NCBI GenBank assembly: GCA_016205025.1
Contig: JACQJO010000002.1
Coordinates: 17,154-81,153, forward strand
DNA length: 64,000 nucleotides
Source of the DNA: Elusimicrobiota bacterium
GTDB taxonomy: Bacteria > Elusimicrobiota > Elusimicrobia > JACQPE01
Direction: 5' to 3'
The notes beneath the pieces were generated by a model that was given only the letters and a program-made list of their open reading frames with translations, was not told the origin of the DNA and made no database searches. A program made the position numbers and the translations under genes. Positions 9,157 through 18,558 of the stretch are shown one piece after another; within the stretch, counting starts at the first letter, position 1; each line of letters begins with the position of its first letter.

Positions 9157-10567
9157 CCCCAACCGCACGCCAATTTCCGAACGCCTTCGAAATTGTAATC
9201 ACCGCATAAGCCGCTAAAACCAAAAGTAAAGCTTTAGGTGGAATAAGGTAGCTGGGCAGCACTTTAATTGGAAGATACCCTGCCATGTAATAAAGAGGGG
9301 TAATCCACAGCACGTAGGTCGCCGTCCAGCGAGACCTGGCGAGCCAAATTCCTAATACCGCCAGAAGAAAAACTAAGCCTTCGCTCACCTTTCCCAAAAG
9401 TCGACCAAAAAATTGCCAGGGATAATAAATCAAGTACCCCCAGGAAGTGCCGCCTGATTTTAAGTAATCCACTAGCCAAGGCTCCCCGGAATAATGGCTG
9501 ATAATTGAATAAGGAAAAATAGTAAATAGGGATATTTGAGGCAGCAAGATGTTTCGCACATACCACCATGGATCCTCCCTGATGACACGCAAAGCTTTCT
9601 CCTTGCAAAAATTCATTCTTTCCACGGTCGCGCCCGCGTAAACAACACCTTTCTCTTCAAGCATAGCTTGTTCCACCGGCTTGTAACCCCAACGCCCTTG
9701 GGTATCTTCAAGCACGATACTGGAATAGATGCCATCCCATATGTGGGGAGTCAGCATAGCAAGGCGGCCTTCCAGCCGATAATTTCTGATGATGTAAGGC
9801 GCCATGCCGAGCAGCATCAACACCATAAGAACAGAAGAATACGCGAGCGCTTTTTTAAAGCCTTTCCAAAAAATCAGCCCGAAACCCCACACAACCGGAA
9901 ACATGAAAGGTTCCTCGCGCATATGCGTCCCGATAATCAAAATAAAGGCCGTCAGTAAAACTAAACGCCAGGAATCTTTTTGCATAGCCAGAATAAAAAA
10001 ATAAAGGGAGCTCAAAATAAAAACTGACATGAAACTGTCTTGATTGGGCATACAGGCAACCAGGGCGTTAGGCAGCCAGAAAGCATACATCCAGGCCGAC
10101 CATAGTCCAACACGATGGTCAAAAATAAGCAGGCCTATGCCATAGATAAAAAGACAAGCCAGGCTGTCCACGACAATTTGGATAATCCGGGCCGGCAAAA
10201 TGCGTTGGGCGCCGAAAAATTGTGTCACCGCCAGGAAAATGCTGTAGCCCGGAAAGCGTCCCCTCCAAAAAATCAGCTCTTCCCTATCTACCTTAACTTC
10301 ATTGGTTTCAATCATACGATGCTCACGTCTGGCGACCTCATGAACCGCTTTCTGGTAAACCTTGTTAAACACCAACCCCCGGCCAGCCAAAAGTTGGCGG
10401 CCGCAATCCCAGAATACATGCGGTTCATTTGGGCGGGTTGCTTGAAATTGGAACCTATAAAGACACGCCCCCCTTACAATTAAGGCGCACAAACACACCA
10501 AGACTAGCTGAAACTTATCGCCGCGGAAGATGTGAGGCACCTCCAATTTGAGATGAGCAATTATCAT
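9140..10567 (-). CDS. Multi-pass membrane protein, putative GT-C fold (ArnT/PMT-like) glycosyltransferase
   Basis: Many hydrophobic segments along about 475 aa. Track ORF opens at TTG 10585, but ATG 10567 is preceded by GGAGGAG at the right spacing. The 3' end overlaps the convergent kinase gene by 17 nt. Confidence 0.5.
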   Translation of the reverse strand: MIIAHLKLEVPHIFRGDKFQLVLVCLCALIVRGACLYRFQFQATRPNEPHVFWDCGRQLLAGRGLVFNKVYQKAVHEVARREHRMIETNEVKVDREELIFWRGRFPGYSIFLAVTQFFGAQRILPARIIQIVVDSLACLFIYGIGLLIFDHRVGLWSAWMYAFWLPNALVACMPNQDSFMSVFILSSLYFFILAMQKDSWRLVLLTAFILIIGTHMREEPFMFPVVWGFGLIFWKGFKKALAYSSVLMVLMLLGMAPYIIRNYRLEGRLAMLTPHIWDGIYSSIVLEDTQGRWGYKPVEQAMLEEKGVVYAGATVERMNFCKEKALRVIREDPWWYVRNILLPQISLFTIFPYSIISHYSGEPWLVDYLKSGGTSWGYLIYYPWQFFGRLLGKVSEGLVFLLAVLGIWLARSRWTATYVLWITPLYYMAGYLPIKVLPSYLIPPKALLLVLAAYAVITISKAFGNWRAVGVIRAA

Positions 10568-10614
10568 ATTTGAACTCTCCTCCAAAAATTCCCACCTCGG
10601 ACCTCGGCGCCTTG

Positions 10615-10643
10615 TTGATATTTGATGATTTCTGGGTTATATT
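10615..10643 (+). promoter_or_regulatory. Candidate sigma70-like promoter (TTGATA-17 nt-TATATT) in the divergent gap
   Basis: TTGATA at 10615..10620, a 17-nt spacer, then TATATT at 10638..10643. The predicted start site would leave a leader of only about 10 nt before ATG 10660, clipping the weak AAAGG Shine-Dalgarno. Confidence is therefore low. Confidence 0.25.
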
Positions 10644-10659
10644 ATAGAAAGGTAAAAAT

Positions 10660-12327
10660 ATGGAACCTATTAGCGAAACACCCTCGGGCACGCGGTCAAT
10701 CTTTGACCCAAGGAGCAAGGCGGCATCGGTCCATATTAGCTTAATTCATCCACCGACTCTAACCAGCGCCGATGCGTATGGTTTAGACGTCGTACCGCCC
10801 CTAGGCCTTGCGTACGTTGCCGGCGCTTTAAAAAGTGTCGGGTATCAGGTTTCTCTCGTGGACGGCATTGGCGAAGCCCTTCATCGGTATGGCCGCGCTT
10901 CAGGATATGACGACCTTCTTATTCACGGTCTGTCTCCATCCGAGGTGATTGATCGCATTGATCCTCGAGCCGACATAATTGGTCTAAGCAATATGTTCTC
11001 AAATCAGTGGCTATTTATTCAGGACCTGGCAATGGCGATCAAGAAAGCCTATCCAGACAAACTCCTGGTTCTGGGCGGCGAACACCCCACCGCCTGTGCC
11101 GATTACATCATCCAAAGCTGCCCAGACATTGATGTATGCGTTCTGGGCGAAGGCGAGGAAACCATCCTTGATTTAGCCGACGCTTACAGACAGGGAAAGG
11201 GCTTCCATAATGTAGCGGGTATCGTATTTCGAAACGACCAGAAGGCGGTAATGACGCCAAAACGAGCTCGCATCAGAGAAATCGATGAAATTCCTGAACC
11301 GGACTGGTCACTTGTGCCTGTCGAAACTTACATTGACAACGCGTGTACCTACGGCGTCAATGTCGGCCGGGCGATGCCGATCTTGGCCAGTCGCGGATGT
11401 CCATATCAATGCACTTTCTGTTCCAGCCCACAAATGTGGACCACGCGCTGGAGTGCCCGAAAACCCGATCTGCTCTTAGCCGAAATGAGAAGGTACATTG
11501 AGCGCTACAATGTCACGAACTTTGATTTTTATGACCTGACCGCCATTGTCAAAAAACAATGGATTATTGATTTTTCCCAACTGCTGATTAAAGAAAAGCT
11601 CAACATAAGGTATCAATTAGCCTCCGGCACAAGAAGCGAAGCCATTGATGAAGATGTCATTGGCTTGTTGCGCGAATCAGGCTGCCGGCTGGTTATTTAC
11701 GCGCCCGAGAGCGGGTCGGTTGAAGAACTGCGTCGAATCAAAAAGAAGGTTAATATCGATAAAATGCTTAGCTCAATGCGCGCCGCGCACGATGCAGGCA
11801 TGGAAACCAAAGCGAATATGATCTTCGGCATGCTTGGCGCGACATGGAAGGATGTTTTTCACTCGTTCATGTTCATTTTTCGTACCGCCGCTGCCGGGCT
11901 GGACAATATGACATGCTACCCGTTCTCACCATATCCTGGTTCCGAGAATTTTCAGACGCTGCTCGCGACCGGGCGCATAAAAATGAACAACGACTACTTC
12001 AAAAGCCTCCAAAATTTGTGCCGAAATCTCCACACAAAAAATACCGTGTCGTATAACGATAGATTCAGCGGAAAAGTCCTTTCGCTTATCTGTTCATGCG
12101 CATTCATCATCTTCTATTCTCTCAATTACCTGATCCGGCCATGGCGAATCGCCGCTCTCTTATACACCTATTTGATAAAAAAAGAGGCGTCTTCTCTTCT
12201 TACCGTAGCCTTTTTAAACATGCGTAAAAAGCGAGCAGCGATAAAGACCATCAAAACCAACCACATCGATAGCGTGATCATTCCGGTCAATCTTCGGGTG
12301 CACAATACAGACGCCAAGCACGCCTAA
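10660..12327 (+). CDS. Cobalamin-binding (class B) radical SAM enzyme with hydrophobic C-terminal tail
   Basis: B12-binding-type N-domain (IIGLSNMFSNQW, LLVLGGEHPT). Cluster motif CPYQCTFC. TM-like segment VLSLICSCAFIIFYSLNYLI near the C-terminus. Confidence 0.8.
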   Translation: MEPISETPSGTRSIFDPRSKAASVHISLIHPPTLTSADAYGLDVVPPLGLAYVAGALKSVGYQVSLVDGIGEALHRYGRASGYDDLLIHGLSPSEVIDRIDPRADIIGLSNMFSNQWLFIQDLAMAIKKAYPDKLLVLGGEHPTACADYIIQSCPDIDVCVLGEGEETILDLADAYRQGKGFHNVAGIVFRNDQKAVMTPKRARIREIDEIPEPDWSLVPVETYIDNACTYGVNVGRAMPILASRGCPYQCTFCSSPQMWTTRWSARKPDLLLAEMRRYIERYNVTNFDFYDLTAIVKKQWIIDFSQLLIKEKLNIRYQLASGTRSEAIDEDVIGLLRESGCRLVIYAPESGSVEELRRIKKKVNIDKMLSSMRAAHDAGMETKANMIFGMLGATWKDVFHSFMFIFRTAAAGLDNMTCYPFSPYPGSENFQTLLATGRIKMNNDYFKSLQNLCRNLHTKNTVSYNDRFSGKVLSLICSCAFIIFYSLNYLIRPWRIAALLYTYLIKKEASSLLTVAFLNMRKKRAAIKTIKTNHIDSVIIPVNLRVHNTDAKHA

Positions 12328-12352
12328 TCGAGGGTTTGTCCTGAACTACGGC

Positions 12353-13906
12353 TTAGGTGATTCCGTCTCTGTTTGGGTTTGTTTGTTTAGAGGTAATACG
12401 GTCCAAATCGCTTTGACTGATGTTCCAGAACGGCCGCTGGGCGAGCGCGTCATTCTCAAATCGTGGATCAGCGGTATGCCTGCGTATATTCATAAATGAT
12501 TGGCGTAAGTGCCACCAGTAAACGATACCGCTCCAGTTAAGCAGGCCAAAAAACTTAGCTTCGGAAAACCAAAATGACTTGTCCGCCAAAGTGGCCACAA
12601 GTTTAACAATTGGATTGGCGGGCCATTTCAACAAAAATCTAGCCGCGCCCTCAAACAGCGACCACTTTGCAACGAACTGGAACATATTATTAAAGATCTT
12701 AAGCTTTTCGGTATCTTTATGCGTTACTGTTGGATAAATCCCCCGGTTAAAGTATTCCACGGAATAATCAGAGGTCAACATGCCATGATCCATTGCATAC
12801 TCAGTGAGTTTTGTACCAGGGAAAGGCCAAAATAACGCCGATCGGGCGGATGTAACTCCTATCGTGTTGTTAAAACGAGCCGTTTGAAAAGCCTCCTCTA
12901 ACCCTTCGCCCGGAAGGCCTATGATATTGCCCGTATGAAATGGAATTTTATACTCTTTGAGGTAACCACAATTTTTCAGGTACAGATCATCAGCAAGGTC
13001 CTTATCAATAAGCCCCCTACGAGTCTTTTCGTTGCCGGATTCAACACCAAAGGTCAGGCCGACGCAACCGTTTTCTTTAAATAACTCAACCATTTTCCGT
13101 GACATGTGGGCGATCCAAATGTTGGCCGACCAGGGAATTCCAATTTCTTTCCAATATATAGGAAGAAACTTCTCAACCCAAGTCTTACTCAAGGAAAAAA
13201 TATCATCGACATAATGAATGCGGCGCAGGGGATACTTTTCCCTTGTGGCTTTCATTTCAGCTATAACGCGGGGGATGCTTTTTCTGCGAAAAAACTTGCC
13301 CTTGCCGTCGTAAATTTCTCGGTAGTTATTAATGTAGCAAAACGAGCATTTATAAGCGCAACCGAAAGAGGTGATAAAGCGTTTTAAGGGCAGTTCCTGC
13401 AAAAACGGATAACGCCAATAAATAGTTCGATCGGGCATAGCTACGTTGTCCCAGTCATCCATTAAAGGCCGTATCTCATTTTTAATGATCCCTCCATCGG
13501 GCGACTTGATATGGATGTTGGGGATATTGTCCGTGCGTCCTTTTATGGCCATGCGGTTTAAAAGATCGACCACTGGCTGCTCACCCTCACCGACGCAAAG
13601 ATAATCGGCGTTGCAGTGCGAAAGAGTCTCCGGATACATGGTTGGATGCGTGCCGCCAATTAAAATGGGGACATCCAAACCCCGGCGTATCTTGTTGATT
13701 TTATTGATGGCCCATTCCTGCTGCCTGGTCATAAAAGAGAAAGCCAAAAGATCGGCTTTCGCATCCTCGATTTGTCCGATAAAATCCCGCTCCTCGGATT
13801 CGATCAAAAGATCGCATTCATGTCCGGCGGCTTTCACCACCCCGGCAAGGGCATGAATACCCAGGGCCTCATACATGGGGCTTTCCTGTAAAAACAATAC
13901 TTTCAT
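12353..13906 (-). CDS. Cobalamin-binding (class B) radical SAM enzyme
   Basis: MKVLFLQESPMYEALGIHALAGV..., LLAFSFMT and ILIGGTHPT B12-binding-type N-domain. Cluster motif CAYKCSFC. Confidence 0.8.
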   Translation of the reverse strand: MKVLFLQESPMYEALGIHALAGVVKAAGHECDLLIESEERDFIGQIEDAKADLLAFSFMTRQQEWAINKINKIRRGLDVPILIGGTHPTMYPETLSHCNADYLCVGEGEQPVVDLLNRMAIKGRTDNIPNIHIKSPDGGIIKNEIRPLMDDWDNVAMPDRTIYWRYPFLQELPLKRFITSFGCAYKCSFCYINNYREIYDGKGKFFRRKSIPRVIAEMKATREKYPLRRIHYVDDIFSLSKTWVEKFLPIYWKEIGIPWSANIWIAHMSRKMVELFKENGCVGLTFGVESGNEKTRRGLIDKDLADDLYLKNCGYLKEYKIPFHTGNIIGLPGEGLEEAFQTARFNNTIGVTSARSALFWPFPGTKLTEYAMDHGMLTSDYSVEYFNRGIYPTVTHKDTEKLKIFNNMFQFVAKWSLFEGAARFLLKWPANPIVKLVATLADKSFWFSEAKFFGLLNWSGIVYWWHLRQSFMNIRRHTADPRFENDALAQRPFWNISQSDLDRITSKQTNPNRDGIT

Positions 13907-14066
13907 AGAGGGCTCATCCTATATTATTCTTACCCCTAAATCTAAGAAATTCAAGAGGGGTACCGGGGATAATAAGAAATTTTGCGCCCCGAAGCTTAAA
14001 AAGGGGTGAGTGGGTCGCGCGAAAACTCAGCGACCCCTCATTTTGATAGAGTTTCCAAGGGAGATC

Positions 14067-15311
14067 ATGCGCCGGATCATTAAGTTTATTGTGTCTGCGG
14101 GGGAGATGGCCGGAATTTATCTTTATTGGAGACTCCGCGGGGACGCCTTTCAACCACTTCAAGCCGGGCAATCGTGCAAAATCCTGGTTTTCGGCTACTG
14201 CGGTTTAGGCGATATGATTTTTCTTCTGCCCACGCTGGAACACCTGCGCCGCTCATTTCCCCAAGGCCGCATCACCATCATCACCGGTCCTCGTTCAGCG
14301 GCCAATGAGCTGGTTCAAGAAACTCACGCCGATAAGCACTGGTCCATTGATTGGACCCGCGCCTCCTGGAGCGAACGCTTGGCCGTCTGCCGGAGAATTC
14401 GCGAGCAAAACTTTGACGCCTGTTTAGTCAGCTACCCCAATCCGGTGCGTTTTTTTCTTTTAGGTCTTTTCACTATCCCCCGGCGCGTCGGGCATTGCCG
14501 CCGACTTGTTTGCAACTACCCTTTAGGTTTGAAATGGCTTAAAACCAAATTTTACAGCGCCATCTGGGAAGAAGAGATGTACCGTTCATTTCTGTTTAAC
14601 AAACGCATACTGATCAATATCAACCAGTCCGAACGCCATGACGTCCAAAAAAATCTGGAGATGGCTATCTCGCTTCACCCGGATGCCGCGCCGGCGATTC
14701 AAGATGGCCCTCATTTAGCTATCCCTGCCGCGTCGCGGCAGTTTGCCGCGTCGCTCCTGCAAAACGCGGGAGGGGGAAACAACGCCCCGATCGCTTTAAG
14801 TTTGGGGGTCAGCCGCCAAATGGATTGGAAAAGGTGGAAAATTCAAAAATTCGCCCATCTCCTAGAAAAAATTAACCAAAAGTTTCCATCCTCTCTTTTA
14901 CTTCTTGGAACCTCTGAAGAGACCGGGTTAAACGAAGAATTCCGGCGTTATTATAAGGGCCCGATCATCGATGCCTTAGGCAAATCCAACGTTTATCAAA
15001 CAGCGGCTCTGCTGGAGCAATGCCGCCTTTTTGTAGGCAATGACTGCGGTCCGGCCAAATTAGCCATGGCGCTGGGAATTCCGACTGCGATTATCTGGGG
15101 GCCGTCGGACCGGCAGGGAGCCGGTCCCTGGAAAAAAGGACCTTTTAAAACGATCCATAACAATATGCCCTGCAGTCCTTGTTTCGCGGCTGGGATGCTT
15201 AAGATGGGCGAAGGGGTCATTAACCACACCAACTGCGGCCATCACAACTGCTTGCGCGAGCTTACCGTTGATTTCGCCTACCGACAAATCGAAGAGCTTT
15301 TAAAAAAATAA
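14067..15311 (+). CDS. Glycosyltransferase family 9 (heptosyltransferase-like)
   Basis: ILVFGYCGLGDMIFLLPTLEHLRRSFPQGRITIITGP and GNDCGPAKLAMALGIPTAIIWGP match the two GT9 signature regions. Track ORF opens at GTG 14010. ATG 14067 is preceded by AGGGAG. Confidence 0.75.
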   Translation: MRRIIKFIVSAGEMAGIYLYWRLRGDAFQPLQAGQSCKILVFGYCGLGDMIFLLPTLEHLRRSFPQGRITIITGPRSAANELVQETHADKHWSIDWTRASWSERLAVCRRIREQNFDACLVSYPNPVRFFLLGLFTIPRRVGHCRRLVCNYPLGLKWLKTKFYSAIWEEEMYRSFLFNKRILININQSERHDVQKNLEMAISLHPDAAPAIQDGPHLAIPAASRQFAASLLQNAGGGNNAPIALSLGVSRQMDWKRWKIQKFAHLLEKINQKFPSSLLLLGTSEETGLNEEFRRYYKGPIIDALGKSNVYQTAALLEQCRLFVGNDCGPAKLAMALGIPTAIIWGPSDRQGAGPWKKGPFKTIHNNMPCSPCFAAGMLKMGEGVINHTNCGHHNCLRELTVDFAYRQIEELLKK

Positions 15312-15324
15312 AATAACATGCGGC

Positions 15325-16383
15325 ATGTGGAAAAAATACTGGAACACTTTTTTAAGCCGGTTTGCTTATCATAACAGGTTCATCAGACCGCCTAACAGCC
15401 CGAATCTGTTCGCCATTGAAACAACCAGCGTCTGCAATTTAGCCTGCGTGATGTGTCCTTATCCCATTATGGAAAGGCCAAAAGAATTTATGGATGAAGC
15501 TCTATTTAAAAAGATCGTGGATCAATGGAGCCATTCCTCCTATCTGGTCAGGCTTCACAACCTGGGTGAACCCCTTTTGGATAAACGCATCGCCTCGTTG
15601 ATTAATTACGCGGCTTCACGCGGTGTGCGCGCCGAAATTTCAACGAATTGCACTGCCTTGACCGAAACGCGTGGCCGCGAAATTTTGGGCTCCCGCCTTT
15701 TCCAAATCATCCTATCTCTAGACGGCGCTTCAAAAACAACCTACGAACACATCAGAAAACGCGCCGAGTTCGACCGGGTTGTGGCCAACATTCATGCTTT
15801 TTTGAAGATCAAAGAGGAAATAAACTCTCCCGTGCGTGTCGTTCTGCAAATTATCCTGATGAATGAAACAGTCAGCGAGGTTGACAACTTCATCCGCCAG
15901 TGGCATTCCTATAGGGACAAAGGCATCGTCAATGAACTGCGCATTAAGCGCTTCAGCACTTGGGCTAATCAGGTTCAAAAAATTTCCCAATTGGCGGATA
16001 ACAAACTGCGCTATTACCCGCAACAAGAGTCCCAAAGGGTTCCCTGCCGCTATCTCTGGGAATCGGTCGTGGTTTTGCAAGACGGCCGGGTTGTGCCCTG
16101 CTGTTTCGATTACGAAGGAAAGCTTGCCCTGGGAGATTTAAACAAACAAACGCTCCAGGAAATCTGGCAGGGGGAACCCCTGCGCCAACTGCGCCAATCG
16201 CACCTTGAGGGAAAATTTGACAACGAGCTTTGCCGCAGCTGCTCGGAATACCCGCGCTCCACGTTCCAAATGTTTTATCCTTTCAACCGGGCCGGAGCGC
16301 GCAGCCTGTGGACCTGGATCCAGATTTTATTGGGTAAAAAACAGATCATTGAAAACATCCCCGTCGATGTAACCCCTCCTTAA
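15325..16383 (+). CDS. Radical SAM enzyme with C-terminal SPASM/twitch-type Cys-rich domain
   Basis: ETTSVCNLACVMCPY (CxxxCxxC). C-terminal CRYLW...VVPCCFDY...CRSC auxiliary-cluster cysteines. Paralogue of 27954..29201. Confidence 0.8.
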   Translation: MWKKYWNTFLSRFAYHNRFIRPPNSPNLFAIETTSVCNLACVMCPYPIMERPKEFMDEALFKKIVDQWSHSSYLVRLHNLGEPLLDKRIASLINYAASRGVRAEISTNCTALTETRGREILGSRLFQIILSLDGASKTTYEHIRKRAEFDRVVANIHAFLKIKEEINSPVRVVLQIILMNETVSEVDNFIRQWHSYRDKGIVNELRIKRFSTWANQVQKISQLADNKLRYYPQQESQRVPCRYLWESVVVLQDGRVVPCCFDYEGKLALGDLNKQTLQEIWQGEPLRQLRQSHLEGKFDNELCRSCSEYPRSTFQMFYPFNRAGARSLWTWIQILLGKKQIIENIPVDVTPP

Positions 16384-16396
16384 AGTCGCGGCCTGA

Positions 16397-17839
16397 ATGA
16401 AAACAATCGCGATTACGATTCCTCTCGGGATGTCAGCGCGCAATATCTTGCGATCAGATGCTTTCCGGATTCTGCCCAAGCATGCCCGCCTGGTTATCCT
16501 GACTCCTTTCGCCGGGGACGCGAAATTCCACGCCGAATTCGACCGCCCGAACGTAAACTTTGAGCTTCTTCGATTTCGATCCTCTGTTGTGGGCAAAATC
16601 CTGCGCCGCCTGGCGGATCCCGTTGAAACCTATCTATTTACCCAAAAAACGCACATTGAAACCCTGCTGTTTTTAAAAAAGTGGCTGCAAAACGAACGTC
16701 CGTTTGAATACTTCAAGACGCGTTTGCTGGCGGCTTCCTTTGAATGGCGCCCCATGCTTTCTTGGTTGCGATGCTGGCATATTAAATGCCTGCGGGATCA
16801 GGCTTACGGCGCTATTTTTAAAAAATACGAAGTCAATCTTGTCTTAATCACCCACCTTTTTAATCTCGCTGACCAACAGGTGGCGGCGACCGCCCTGCAT
16901 TGCGGCATTCCGGTCATCGGCATGCCCCACAGCTGGGACAATTTAACCTCCAAATCGGGCATCCGCCAGGGAACCAACGCTGACCCGGGCCGGACGGTGC
17001 CCGTTCGTTTCGATAAGGTTATCGTCTGGAACGACGTCTCACGCCAGGAACTTTTGGAGTTCTACGGCTATACCCATGACAGCATCGTCACTGTCGGCAT
17101 CCCGCAGTTTGATATTTACATGAACAAGGAACGCTTTAAAAAACGAGAACAATTCATGGCTGATTATGGATTCGATCCGGCAGCTAAGCTAATTTTATAC
17201 GCCGCCGGAACGCCGCAGTACCTTCCCTATCAAGACGAAATCATTGATGCCTTAGTGGAAATTATTCGCAGCGGACGCCTTGGCCAACGCGCCCAGCTTT
17301 TAGTCAGGGGGCACCCCAATAGAATGGCGTTAGAGGCTTCAAAAAAAGTCAGAACGCGCTACCAGGGTTCAAGCGATGTGCGTTTTCAGGAACCATCCTC
17401 GGCCTATACGGCGCTTTCAGATACGGCATGGAATTCCGTGCCCGGCGATGAATATGAACTAGCCAACACCATCGCGGCCGCGGATGTTGTAGTCACCATG
17501 GGTTCAACAATCATTTTAGATGCCGCTGCTTTAGATAAGCCCATCGTTAACATGATGTTTGACGGCGGCCCGGTAGATTCCTCGTTCCATTCCATTAAAA
17601 AATACCTGCACTATACGCATTACATAAAAATCGAAAAAACAGGAGCCTTTCAAACAGCTTATAATCCCCAAGAAATGGAGGCTCAAATCCAACGTTATCT
17701 TCGTGATCCATCGTTGGAATCCAAGGAGCGCCGGGATTTGGTTGCGATGGAATGCTTTAAAATAGACGGCAAGGCGGGCGAAAGAATAGCCGGGGCAATC
17801 CTTGATTATTTAGAACCAAATAAAATGCTGGCTAACTAA
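16397..17839 (+). CDS. Uncharacterised 480-aa protein, possible GT-B transferase with TagF/KpsS-like signatures
   Basis: Long clean ORF tightly packed in the operon. KLILYAAGTP resembles the ILYAPT block and LLVRGHPN the xHP block of TagF/capsule (KpsS/C)-type transferases. I see no stronger motif, so the function is tentative. Confidence 0.4.
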   Translation: MKTIAITIPLGMSARNILRSDAFRILPKHARLVILTPFAGDAKFHAEFDRPNVNFELLRFRSSVVGKILRRLADPVETYLFTQKTHIETLLFLKKWLQNERPFEYFKTRLLAASFEWRPMLSWLRCWHIKCLRDQAYGAIFKKYEVNLVLITHLFNLADQQVAATALHCGIPVIGMPHSWDNLTSKSGIRQGTNADPGRTVPVRFDKVIVWNDVSRQELLEFYGYTHDSIVTVGIPQFDIYMNKERFKKREQFMADYGFDPAAKLILYAAGTPQYLPYQDEIIDALVEIIRSGRLGQRAQLLVRGHPNRMALEASKKVRTRYQGSSDVRFQEPSSAYTALSDTAWNSVPGDEYELANTIAAADVVVTMGSTIILDAAALDKPIVNMMFDGGPVDSSFHSIKKYLHYTHYIKIEKTGAFQTAYNPQEMEAQIQRYLRDPSLESKERRDLVAMECFKIDGKAGERIAGAILDYLEPNKMLAN

Positions 17840-18558
17840 TGTATAAAAACTGGAAAATTTTAGCGCTCATCACCGCCCGCGGAGGGTCAAAGGGCGTTCC
17901 GAAAAAAAATATACGCCCATTGGGGGGGGTTCCGCTCATCGCGCACAGCATCGTAACGGCGCGCCAATGCTGCTACGTGGACCGCACCATCGTTTCAACA
18001 GATGATCCCGAAATCCAAAAAGTGGCCGAGTCTTATCAGGCGGAAATTCCTTTTTTGCGCCCGGCGGAGTTGGCCGATGATCTGGTCCCGGATTATCCGG
18101 TTATCCAACACTGCCTGGACTGGTTGCGCGAACATGAGGCGTATCAACCCGACATCATCGTTCATTTAAGGCCGACTGGCCCCTTGCGCAAGGCCAGGGA
18201 CGTGGAGAAAGGCGTTGAACTATTGGGCGCCAATCCCGATGCCGATTCCGTGCGTTCGGTAAATGAGCCGCGAACGTCTCCTTATAAAATGTGGACAATC
18301 CAAGAAAAATTTATGCGGCCGCTTCTAACGCTTGAAGGCCATCCCGACGCCCATCACGGCCCGCGCCAAGCTCTGCCCAAGGTGTACCAGACCAACCCCT
18401 ACGTAGGGGTTATGTGGAGTAAAACAGTAACGCAAAAAAAATCTATTATTGGCGATAAAGTTCTGCCCATGATTATGGAAGAGCCGATCGTGGACATTGA
18501 TACGGAATTCGATTTTGCGGTAGCTGAACTATTGCTGAAAAATAAAAACGATCAATGA
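17839..18558 (+). CDS. CMP-sugar synthetase (acylneuraminate/nonulosonate cytidylyltransferase family)
   Basis: ILALITARGGSKGVPKKNIRPLGGVPLIAHSI is the hallmark N-terminus of the NeuA/PseF/LegF-type CTP_transf_3 family. TAATG overlap with the upstream gene. Confidence 0.8.
   Translation: MYKNWKILALITARGGSKGVPKKNIRPLGGVPLIAHSIVTARQCCYVDRTIVSTDDPEIQKVAESYQAEIPFLRPAELADDLVPDYPVIQHCLDWLREHEAYQPDIIVHLRPTGPLRKARDVEKGVELLGANPDADSVRSVNEPRTSPYKMWTIQEKFMRPLLTLEGHPDAHHGPRQALPKVYQTNPYVGVMWSKTVTQKKSIIGDKVLPMIMEEPIVDIDTEFDFAVAELLLKNKNDQ

Noticed and set aside
15325-16383. RiPP maturase interpretation of the two rSAM/SPASM enzymes.
   Set aside because: I see no adjacent short precursor ORF, protease or RiPP transporter. 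Every neighbour is carbohydrate-related. I kept the sugar-directed reading as the hypothesis, but it is not excluded experimentally.
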